Positions 1-5,787 of a stretch of 6,665 nt of DNA are shown in pieces. The DNA comes from a virus (taxonomy: Duplodnaviria; Heunggongvirae; Uroviricota; Caudoviricetes), in the IMG/VR virus record IMGVR_UViG_2737471869_000001, positions 1-6,665 of that record. The stretch is one strand, 5' to 3'. The translations under genes were made by a program, and so were the position numbers. Position 1 is the first letter of the stretch. The number at the start of each line of letters is the position of its first letter. The notes under the pieces are model-generated. The model saw nothing but the letters and a program-made list of their open reading frames with translations, was not told where the DNA came from and did no database searches.

Positions 1-82
1 GGTCTGGAAGGATTTGCTGTACTGCGTGAATAGCGTTTTGCTGATGTGCTGGAGATCGAATTTCAAAGGTTAGTTTTTTCAT
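1..82 (-). CDS. ninB: NinB-like recombination protein, N-terminal fragment (27 codons; gene continues past the window start)
   Basis: Minus-strand ATG at 82..80 preceded by GGGGAGAGGG Shine-Dalgarno. Translation MKKLTFEIRSPAHQQNAIHAVQQILPD matches the lambda NinB N-terminus as I remember it (not searched). Open to the window edge. Confidence 0.7.
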   Translation of the reverse strand, partial: MKKLTFEIRSPAHQQNAIHAVQQILPD

Positions 83-98
83 GACTTCCCTCTCCCCC

Positions 99-130
99 AA
101 ATAAAAAGGCCTGCGATTACCAGCAGGCCT
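99..130 (-). terminator. Intrinsic terminator between replication genes and nin region (tR2-like position)
   Basis: Perfect 8-bp stem AGGCCTGC (107-114) / GCAGGCCT (123-130) with 8-nt loop. On the minus-strand transcript it is followed by TTTTATTT (complement of 99-106). No T-run on the plus strand, so it is unidirectional. Confidence 0.6.
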
Positions 131-159
131 GTTACAAGCTCAGTGATGTAGATGGTCAT

Positions 160-2040
160 TTAATACTCCGTCACGTTTTCCTGTCGCCACGCCTCGTCAT
201 ATTCCGATTTCGGCATATTGGCGATGTAGCTATATGGCGATCCTGATTCAAGTTGCAGGAACTGGTGCGATTGCTCGTCAAGGAACAACGGGACACCACC
301 TTCCCAACCTTCGCCGTTACGTTGTTTTTCAAGCATCAAAACAGATGCCGGAGATGCCAGTAGCTGTTCGTCCTTCTCTGACATCTTTTCACCACTCTGA
401 ACTCTCTGTAACGCTCTCTCGCGAGCCTTGTTACGCCAGATGATGAAAAGGTTGTCTGTCAGGTCTGTTATCGCTCCAGAGCCTTTTACGTCCATTTTCC
501 CGGTTGGTTTTTCTTCGCTGTCTCCTTTTCGCGAGTGAGTAACGAGAATGACGTGGGAGTTTGTTTTGTTTTTGAAGTCGCAAATCGAGTCAACAAACGC
601 CTTCTGCCCGTTATAGTCATCGTCGCCTATGCCACATTTCATCAGGCTGTCGATGATGAATAACTGGATCCCGTATCGGCGGCGAGCGTAGTCGAATATT
701 TCGATCAGCCTGTCGGCTTTCGCCGTTCCGGTCAGGCCAAACACCCAAAGTCTTTCGTCATAAAATTTAAATGCAGAGTCAATTTCCAGCACTGGCGGAA
801 TCTTGCAGCACGTCGCCTGACGGGTAAGGCGCTTAAGGAGAATACCAGGCTTCAGCTCAAGTGACGCGATGCACGTCTTCACACCCTGACGCATTGCCTC
901 AAGTGCCATATGCCCGACAACCTCCGTTTTTCCGTGACCGTTCACACCATTGACCAGCGTCAACTCTGCCTCACGGAACTGGAATTTATCTGCCAGAGAT
1001 TCCCACGGTGGATTAAACAGATACTGCTGCTTGCCGTAGAAAGCGTTGATAGTGTCCTGGTAAAACTCTCGCGCACTGTAGAGTTCTTCAGGATCGAAGT
1101 AGGATGCCGTGCCGATGTACTGCCAGATTTCATCCTCGGTAACACCGTTCATCAGGCATTCGTTGATGTCTTTGTACGGCAGAGTAACAAGACGGCAACG
1201 ATGTTCACCGAGTCGGCTTGCGATTTCCCTTGCGGCTTCACGACCAACATCATCAACGTCCATCGAGATGAATATTTCCTCAAACCTGTCGAGGTTGTGA
1301 TACTCAAACTCAATCCACTGTTGCTTAGCGCCTTTTCCTCCACCAAACGGCACGGATAACGCCGAGATGCCGTATTGCGCATAGCTCATACAATCAATTT
1401 CGCCTTCGCAAAGCACAACCGCCCTCACGCCAGCGTCCAGAGCCTGCCATCCGAACAGACAAGGTTCACAATCACCTTCTGCCATAATGACTTTCTTCCC
1501 GTCCGGGCGCTCAGTGCTGATTCGCTTGACCTGCAACAACTCACCATCGCGTTTGTACGGAATCACCAGAGCATCCAGTTCCCGCTCTCCATTCCACACC
1601 TTGCCGCTGACAACCTCGTAGCGCTTTACGATTTCTGGCGATATGCCACGCGATTGCAGGTACTCAAGATGGGATTCTGTTCTGGTAACGTAGCGGGCGA
1701 TTTTCTTGCGATCAGGTCTGGAGAATTTTTTCTCACGTTTGGCATCGAAATGGTGATCGTCATCCTTGATACCGAGGAATGCTTTCGCTTCCTGCATAGC
1801 CTGATGCAGGTTAATTCCACGACATGCCATCCACAAATCAAGCATGTCACCGCCGTCTCCCTCAGCGAAATCAGCCCATTTTTTCTTGCCGCTAAGATTG
1901 ACCTTAAGGCTGTTTCCCTTGTCACCGTTGACGTTACCGGCAACCCACTCATGCCCCTCTTTCTTGCCGTTTGGCAACAGGTGCGGAGCCACCCTGTCAA
2001 CCTGCGCCCAAAGCAGGTCGCTGAGTTCACTTGGCCTCAT
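160..2040 (-). CDS. Replicative primase-helicase fusion (Toprim primase domain + SF4 DnaB/T7 gp4-like helicase domain), 626 aa
   Basis: Uninterrupted 626-codon ORF; ATG at 2040 preceded by GAGGGA. Toprim signatures: acidic Glu motif in LCEGEIDCMSY and DxD in SMDVDDVG. Helicase signatures: Walker A GVNGHGKT, Walker B LFIIDSLM. The N-terminal 100 residues lack a Cys4 zinc ribbon. Sits immediately downstream of the O-like gene. Confidence 0.9.
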   Translation of the reverse strand: MRPSELSDLLWAQVDRVAPHLLPNGKKEGHEWVAGNVNGDKGNSLKVNLSGKKKWADFAEGDGGDMLDLWMACRGINLHQAMQEAKAFLGIKDDDHHFDAKREKKFSRPDRKKIARYVTRTESHLEYLQSRGISPEIVKRYEVVSGKVWNGERELDALVIPYKRDGELLQVKRISTERPDGKKVIMAEGDCEPCLFGWQALDAGVRAVVLCEGEIDCMSYAQYGISALSVPFGGGKGAKQQWIEFEYHNLDRFEEIFISMDVDDVGREAAREIASRLGEHRCRLVTLPYKDINECLMNGVTEDEIWQYIGTASYFDPEELYSAREFYQDTINAFYGKQQYLFNPPWESLADKFQFREAELTLVNGVNGHGKTEVVGHMALEAMRQGVKTCIASLELKPGILLKRLTRQATCCKIPPVLEIDSAFKFYDERLWVFGLTGTAKADRLIEIFDYARRRYGIQLFIIDSLMKCGIGDDDYNGQKAFVDSICDFKNKTNSHVILVTHSRKGDSEEKPTGKMDVKGSGAITDLTDNLFIIWRNKARERALQRVQSGEKMSEKDEQLLASPASVLMLEKQRNGEGWEGGVPLFLDEQSHQFLQLESGSPYSYIANMPKSEYDEAWRQENVTEY

Positions 2041-2147
2041 GATTCCCTCAGATTGAGATTTTTAAACCAGAAATCGACAAACGAAATACTTAACCAGCCG
2101 TGGTTATAACCAGCGACCAGTAGCGATTTGATTTTTGATTTCATGGT

Positions 2148-3008
2148 TCACCTGTCGAAAAACACGTAGCCAGTTTTCGATACGGTGATTGCGGATGATG
2201 GTTTGGATTGTGGTTGAATAGTTTCTGGCTTCTCGTCGTTCCAGCGTTGACCGTTCAGGTAGCTCGATGGTAACAACCTGTCGAATCCGAACTGCTTACC
2301 ATTCCTGCATGCGATGTCTTCTGCCAGCATCGTGGCAAACTCGCTTGCCGTACCCCTTGTAGTTTTACGCCATTCCCTGAACTGTGTTCTGAATGCCGAA
2401 GCCGCGTTTTTCTTCCCGTCTTTCCGCATGCCTGCACACCAGAATATTTCCTCGAATGCCTTGTCGGTTTCTTCGTGACGGTCAGATGATTTTTCACACT
2501 CCGTCCGAACACTTTCGGACATAGTGTTTTTATTATTTCTTTTTTCTTTTGTAATAGTTTCTTTTGTGTGTCCCTGTTTTGGTGACAGCGCTGTCACCGT
2601 TTTGGTGACACTTTTTGTCACCAATGCAGTGACATTATCACCAGAGTAGTGACACCCTTCGATTTGCCATTCTTCGATGTTCTTGTTAGGACCGATTTGC
2701 TGGCCTTCGCGAAGGATAACCTTCATCGCGATAAGCTCATTCTTGGCCTTGTTTACCTTCTGTCTTGGCAGCCTGGTAATTTGAGCTAACTGACTATCAT
2801 AGATGCGATCCATCTTTTTACCGTAGCCGTATGTTTTACGGCATATGGCGTGGGCAACCTTGCTCTGATTTTTCGTTAAATCTGCGCCGATAAGCTCTTC
2901 ATACAGGGCATTTGCAAGACGGGTATAACCATCTTCAACTTCTGCCACACGACGCTCCACAGGCCGTTGTGAAGGCCTTAAATGTGTTACGGTTGCAAGA
3001 TTACTCAT
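2148..3008 (-). CDS. O: Lambda O-like replication initiator (replisome organiser), 286 aa
   Basis: ATG at 3008 with AAGGAG 7 nt upstream. The N-terminal domain ([57 protein letters not shown]...GPNKNIEEW) resembles the lambda O iteron-binding domain as remembered. Origin-type iterons lie inside the gene. The C-terminal half is unlike lambda O, consistent with a different helicase partner. Confidence 0.9.
   Translation of the reverse strand: MSNLATVTHLRPSQRPVERRVAEVEDGYTRLANALYEELIGADLTKNQSKVAHAICRKTYGYGKKMDRIYDSQLAQITRLPRQKVNKAKNELIAMKVILREGQQIGPNKNIEEWQIEGCHYSGDNVTALVTKSVTKTVTALSPKQGHTKETITKEKRNNKNTMSESVRTECEKSSDRHEETDKAFEEIFWCAGMRKDGKKNAASAFRTQFREWRKTTRGTASEFATMLAEDIACRNGKQFGFDRLLPSSYLNGQRWNDEKPETIQPQSKPSSAITVSKTGYVFFDR
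2521..2657. repeat. Origin of replication inside the O-like gene: dyad iterons plus flanking AT-rich tract
   Basis: Iteron 1 GGTGACAGCGCTGTCACC (2581-2598, perfect 18-bp palindrome). Iteron 2 GGTGACACTTTTTGTCACC (2604-2622). Degenerate copies AGTGACATTATCACC (2628-2642) and AGTGACACC (2648-2656). Spacing about 22-23 bp. An AT-rich tract (2521-2575) lies on the side that is downstream in O coding sense, the same arrangement as lambda ori. Confidence 0.75.
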
Positions 3009-3147
3009 GACCTTTCTCCTTCTGCATCAGCTTCACTTTTTCCAACTCAGCCCGGAATCGACCAGGCTGCTTGAAGCTGGACAGGAAGCGATCACGTAGT
3101 ATGTGTTTGTGAATTTTGTCCTGGTAAGGACTGAGTGGTTTTGTCAT
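3001..3147 (-). CDS. Hypothetical small basic protein, 48 aa ([48 protein letters not shown])
   Basis: ATG at 3147 overlaps the stop of the upstream 134-aa gene (TAATG). Strong GAGGAGG Shine-Dalgarno 4-5 nt upstream. Its stop overlaps the O start region (ATGAGTAA). Below the ORF-track length cutoff; supported only by coupling geometry. Confidence 0.35.
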   Translation of the reverse strand: MTKPLSPYQDKIHKHILRDRFLSSFKQPGRFRAELEKVKLMQKEKGHE

Positions 3148-3551
3148 TAAGCCTCCTCTACTTCGTAATCAGCGAAGTAACCAGTAGACATTTTTAAAAA
3201 CCTTGATTCGGTGACTGTGTAAGCCTTCCTTCCTTTCCTCTCCTTGCCTTCAGGCTCTATGAGGTGGCACGAATAAATGATTCTGCGCTGCCAGTTGCCT
3301 GGCATTTCCACCACTGCCAGAACCTCAAGAATTCTCTTTCCTTCAGCATCAGCGGTGTAAAAACACTGATCACCATAACCACAATCGGCTGGCTCATAAT
3401 TTTTGTGACAACCGCCAATCCAGCGCTCATCGGTATGCACGTTGCCGTCATAAGACTGATAATCTGTGCATACGAAGATAAATGGATATACGGTTTCGAA
3501 CTTGTCACCGGCCTTTATGCCGGTGTTTACTTGCTTGGTTTGTCCTGGCAT
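3147..3551 (-). CDS. Hypothetical protein, 134 aa, Cys/His-containing, unknown function (accessory gene between cII and O)
   Basis: The track ORF 3147..3758 overlaps cII. The internal ATG at 3551 is preceded by AGGAG 5 nt upstream and lies 35 nt after the cII stop, so the likely product starts [26 protein letters not shown]... It contains several spaced Cys/His (CTDYQ...H...[18 protein letters not shown]...SCH). No family recognised. Confidence 0.7.
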   Translation of the reverse strand: MPGQTKQVNTGIKAGDKFETVYPFIFVCTDYQSYDGNVHTDERWIGGCHKNYEPADCGYGDQCFYTADAEGKRILEVLAVVEMPGNWQRRIIYSCHLIEPEGKERKGRKAYTVTESRFLKMSTGYFADYEVEEA

Positions 3552-3585
3552 AATTACTCCTGTTACTTGGCGTAACACAGTGTGC

Positions 3586-3864
3586 TTAAGCGTCCAGACT
3601 GCTACCAACAGCTGGGCGTTTTTCTTTTGTGAGAATCGATGCCACCTGCTGAGCAAGTCTCGCCAACTCCTCGTCTTCAACACCCCATTCCAGCACAGCC
3701 AGAAGCATGGCCATCTTTGGGATAAAGCTGTCTTTCCATCGCGAAATTTGCGATTCATTAATCCCTAACGCGTCGGCAACCTTTCGCTGACCACGTACAG
3801 CAATTCGATTCAGGATGTTGCTTGTAATTGCATTCGCTTTCTTGCGAGTACTTGTAAGTTGCAT
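3586..3864 (-). CDS. cII: CII-like lysogeny transcriptional activator, 92 aa
   Basis: Core GINESQISRWKDSFIPKMAMLLAVLEWGVEDEELARLAQQVASILTKEKRPA resembles lambda CII (SQISRWK...IPKFSMLLAVLEWGV). Start placed at ATG 3864 with AAGGAAA Shine-Dalgarno, because the longer track ORF (to 3951) would contain the nutR boxB hairpin. Confidence 0.9.
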   Translation of the reverse strand: MQLTSTRKKANAITSNILNRIAVRGQRKVADALGINESQISRWKDSFIPKMAMLLAVLEWGVEDEELARLAQQVASILTKEKRPAVGSSLDA

Positions 3865-3875
3865 ATGTAAGTATT
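3842..3875 (+). promoter_or_regulatory. PRE-like CII-dependent promoter region (antisense to the cII start)
   Basis: TTGC-N6-TTGT at 3842-3855 plus a further TTGC at 3859-3862, on the strand pointing towards cI and overlapping the cII start codon. Position and motif type resemble the lambda PRE TTGC-N6-TTGC CII site. No transcript data. Confidence 0.4.
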
Positions 3876-3922
3876 TCCTTAACAAATAAGAAGTTATGCG
3901 CATCAAATTATGCGCGTTGTAT

Positions 3923-3966
3923 TCCCGCATTTCGGCGGGAATGATGACCATGACTGTTAAAGAGCG
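3923..3966 (-). promoter_or_regulatory. nutR antitermination site (boxA + boxB)
   Basis: On the minus strand: boxA CGCTCTTTAACA (complement of 3955-3966), directly after the cro stop. Then boxB hairpin TCCCGC-CGAAAT-GCGGGA (complement of 3923-3940). The identical 18-nt hairpin recurs at nutL. Confidence 0.75.
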
Positions 3967-3973
3967 GTGTTAC

Positions 3974-4198
3974 TTATGCTGCCTGATTCGGTTTTGGAAA
4001 CAGGTGTGGCAAATCGGGGCGAATTTCGTAAGCCTTGATCTGCCCTCCAGTGGCGTTAACGATGGCGGTAACTTTCTCTGGAGAGACCAACCCGCCTTTC
4101 AGCCATTTGTGTACTGCTGGCTGCGTTACACCACACTTGTCGGCAAGGCGCTTTTGGCTACCGACAATTTTCAAGGCTCGTTGAATTACTAAATTCAT
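3974..4198 (-). CDS. cro: Cro-like small HTH repressor, 74 aa
   Basis: First gene after the divergent operator region, opposite the cI-like gene. HTH-like segment QKRLADKCGVTQPAVHKWLKG. Start chosen at ATG 4198 (AAGAGG 7 nt upstream) rather than the track start 4219, which lacks a Shine-Dalgarno. Confidence 0.8.
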   Translation of the reverse strand: MNLVIQRALKIVGSQKRLADKCGVTQPAVHKWLKGGLVSPEKVTAIVNATGGQIKAYEIRPDLPHLFPKPNQAA

Positions 4199-4231
4199 GA
4201 GCATACCTCTTGTGGTCATTAGTTATAACCA

Positions 4232-4260
4232 AAGATAACCCAAGTTATAAAAAATAGCAA
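4232..4260 (-). promoter_or_regulatory. PR-like promoter driving cro-cII-replication operon
   Basis: Minus strand -35 TTGCTA (complement of 4255-4260), 17-bp spacer, -10 TATCTT (complement of 4232-4237). Operator copies overlap both hexamers. Confidence 0.55.
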
Positions 4261-4297
4261 TAACCTTTGTTATTTTACTTTGGATAACCGTAGTTAT
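4235..4297. promoter_or_regulatory. Tripartite OR-like operator: three 14-bp dyad sites
   Basis: ATAACCCAAGTTAT (4235-4248), ATAACCTTTGTTAT (4260-4273), ATAACCGTAGTTAT (4284-4297). Centres are 24-25 bp apart, between the divergent cro and cI genes. Confidence 0.75.
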
Positions 4298-4302
4298 AGA
4301 TT
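4274..4302 (+). promoter_or_regulatory. PRM-like promoter producing leaderless cI mRNA
   Basis: -35 TTTACT (4274-4279), 17-bp spacer, -10 TAGATT (4297-4302), the same hexamer I remember for lambda PRM. The predicted start is 7-8 nt downstream, at the cI ATG (4310), which has no Shine-Dalgarno. Confidence 0.55.
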
Positions 4303-4309
4303 TGTGGGT

Positions 4310-5017
4310 ATGAAAACATTCGCAGAAAGACTAAATGCAGCCATGAGCTCAGCAGGGGTATCACAATCACAGCTTGCTGACATGGTTGGAATATCTCAGC
4401 CAGCCATACAGAAGATGTCGTCCGGTAAAACAAACGGATCTCGCAAGATGGTTGAATTAGCCAATGCTTTAAAAGTGCGCCCTGAATGGCTTAGTTCTGG
4501 TATTGGTGAAATGAGGGATGGTGCACATGAAGAACCATCCAATGTCCGTGAGTCATCTTTAAAAGCTGTGGTATGGGAAGACATTAAAAGAAACGATGAC
4601 GAGTTTGTTGCGTTGCCTCTTCTTAACGTTTCGCTTTCAGCTGGAAGCGGTAGCTGCGAGCTAGAGGAATCATCGGAGTTCTCTTTGGTTTTCAGAAAGC
4701 ACTATCTGAAAAAGATGGGAGTATCTGAAAGATCAGCCAAGCTAGTTAGGGTTGTAGGGCAAAGCATGGAACCAACGCTTCACGATGGCGATGTTGTTGG
4801 TGTTAACACGCAAGATACCACAATCAGAGATGGTAAAACCTACGCTATTTGCCAGTCTGATTTGTTACGAGTAAAAACATTAATCGCCACCCCTACATCG
4901 GTGATAATCAGATCAATAAATCGCGAAGAGTACCCGGATGAAGTAATGGATAGAGATGAATTTCATGAAACCGTAAGGATTATTGGCAGAGTATTCTGGT
5001 CGTCTCATAGTTGGTAA
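4310..5017 (+). CDS. cI: CI-like prophage repressor (HTH_XRE N-domain + S24 LexA-type autopeptidase C-domain), 235 aa
   Basis: HTH in QSQLADMVGISQPAIQKMSSGKT. Ala-Gly cleavage candidate in LSAGSGS. Ser nucleophile in GQSMEP and Lys in LLRVKT, 37 residues apart as in LexA. The track ORF starts at a TTG (4280); ATG 4310 is preferred given the PRM geometry. Confidence 0.9.
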   Translation: MKTFAERLNAAMSSAGVSQSQLADMVGISQPAIQKMSSGKTNGSRKMVELANALKVRPEWLSSGIGEMRDGAHEEPSNVRESSLKAVVWEDIKRNDDEFVALPLLNVSLSAGSGSCELEESSEFSLVFRKHYLKKMGVSERSAKLVRVVGQSMEPTLHDGDVVGVNTQDTTIRDGKTYAICQSDLLRVKTLIATPTSVIIRSINREEYPDEVMDRDEFHETVRIIGRVFWSSHSW

Positions 5018-5057
5018 CCGATAATCAGAAGAAGACTTACGGAAGTGCGGAGGGATA

Positions 5058-5354
5058 ATGGAATTTCTGATAGTTTTTGTTGTTGTTTTGGTCATCATTC
5101 TTTTTGTTTTGCTAAGCATTAGCAAAAAGCTATCTCAAATGATTGAACATAGCTCTAATCGCGCAAAAGAAGAAGAGCATCTAATTGATATAAAAGAGAT
5201 TCTCTCTGATATAAAAATCACATTAGATGAAATAAAATATACAACAGATCTAATTGAACAGTATAAAATACCAACCCCAAACGAGAGAAAAGCAATAGAT
5301 CAATATCGTATTGACTTAGAAATCGACGAAATGCTAAGCAATAGAAAGGACTAA
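5058..5354 (+). CDS. Small single-pass membrane protein, 98 aa, AT-rich moron in the rexAB-equivalent slot
   Basis: ATG 5058 with GGAGG 4 nt upstream, 40 nt after the cI stop with no intervening terminator. N-terminal hydrophobic helix EFLIVFVVVLVIILFVLLSI followed by a charged Ile/Glu/Lys/Asp-rich, probably helical tail. Markedly lower G+C than the flanking genes (by eye). Followed by an intrinsic terminator. Confidence 0.8.
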   Translation: MEFLIVFVVVLVIILFVLLSISKKLSQMIEHSSNRAKEEEHLIDIKEILSDIKITLDEIKYTTDLIEQYKIPTPNERKAIDQYRIDLEIDEMLSNRKD

Positions 5355-5359
5355 AAACA

Positions 5360-5385
5360 CCCGGCCTCAGCGCCGGGTTTTCTTT
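5360..5385 (+). terminator. Intrinsic terminator ending the PRM (cI + membrane protein) transcript, tIMM-like position
   Basis: Stem CCCGGC (5360-5365) / GCCGGG (5372-5377), 6-nt loop, then TTTTCTTT (5378-5385). Confidence 0.75.
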
Positions 5386-5551
5386 CCCTGCCGTTCACCA
5401 CCCAATCAACCATCCTCATCATAGACAAGTATCAAGCCAAAGGTAACACCTTCACCCCGCACGCAAGCCCTCAAACACCAATCAATCAGCAACATTTACA
5501 AAAATAAAATACCTTTGTTATCCATCACTTATAACTTATTTACCACAAAAT

Positions 5552-5593
5552 ATAAATAAAGTTATTGACCGCACCTATAACCTAAGTTATCTT
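5552..5593 (+). promoter_or_regulatory. OL/PL-like operator-promoter
   Basis: Operator copies ATAAATAAAGTTAT (5552-5565) and ATAACCTAAGTTAT (5577-5590), same family as the OR sites, 25 bp apart. -35 TTGACC (5565-5570), 17-bp spacer, -10 TATCTT (5588-5593). Confidence 0.6.
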
Positions 5594-5638
5594 TAAGCCA
5601 TCAGCAGGACGCTGGTAGCCAAACGGAACATATTGGCA

Positions 5639-5680
5639 GGCTCTTTAACATTGATGGGATTGTCCCGCCGAAATGCGGGA
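5639..5680 (+). promoter_or_regulatory. nutL antitermination site (boxA + boxB)
   Basis: boxA GGCTCTTTAACA (5639-5650), 11 of 12 identical to nutR boxA. boxB hairpin TCCCGC-CGAAAT-GCGGGA (5663-5680), identical to nutR boxB. Confidence 0.75.
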
Positions 5681-5787
5681 ACCAAAGAGTAGTTGGCTTT
5701 GGGGTGACGTGAAGTGCAGCTGCACGACGGCAACCGGAAGATAAGCACCCGGCGCGTCACCGCCAAAGTCAATCATCGGAGGTCAAC

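Noticed and set aside
107-130. Hairpin 107-130 as a plus-strand terminator
   Set aside because: No T-run follows on the plus strand; the U-tract is only on the minus-strand side, so it is called as a minus-strand terminator.
234-2109. Plus-strand and alternate-frame track ORFs nested in the primase-helicase gene (234..443, 910..1359, 960..1145, 1109..1300, 1152..1382, 1375..2109, 1626..2030, 1844..2056)
   Set aside because: All lie inside or antisense to a 626-codon ORF with clear Toprim and helicase motifs. They have no convincing Shine-Dalgarno sequences and are typical shadow ORFs of a long coding region.
2255-2512. 85-aa minus-strand ORF in another frame inside the O-like gene
   Set aside because: Fully embedded in the O coding region, which has clear similarity to lambda O. 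Arg/Ser/Gly-rich composition typical of an out-of-frame read.
3257-3768. Track ORFs 3257..3508 (-), 3264..3575 (+), 3466..3768 (+) and the long 203-aa form 3147..3758 (-)
   Set aside because: They overlap the 134-aa gene and cII. The 203-aa version would overlap cII by about 170 nt, whereas the internal ATG at 3551 has a good AGGAG Shine-Dalgarno just after the cII stop. The others are antisense or alternate-frame.
3865-3951. N-terminal extension of the cII ORF back to ATG 3951
   Set aside because: The extension would encode through the nutR boxB hairpin and has no Shine-Dalgarno. ATG 3864 has the lambda-like AAGGAAATACTTACAT context.
3896-4192. 98-aa plus-strand ORF antisense to cro
   Set aside because: Antisense to the Cro-like gene, overlaps the nutR elements, no ribosome-binding site.
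4280-4309. TTG start at 4280 for the repressor gene, as given in the track
   Set aside because: It would place operator OR3 and the PRM -10 inside the coding sequence. ATG 4310 at the predicted PRM transcript start fits the leaderless-cI arrangement.
4396-5125. Minus-strand ORFs 4396..4584 and 4913..5125
   Set aside because: Antisense to the repressor gene and to the start of the membrane protein gene. The second is an AT-rich shadow frame.
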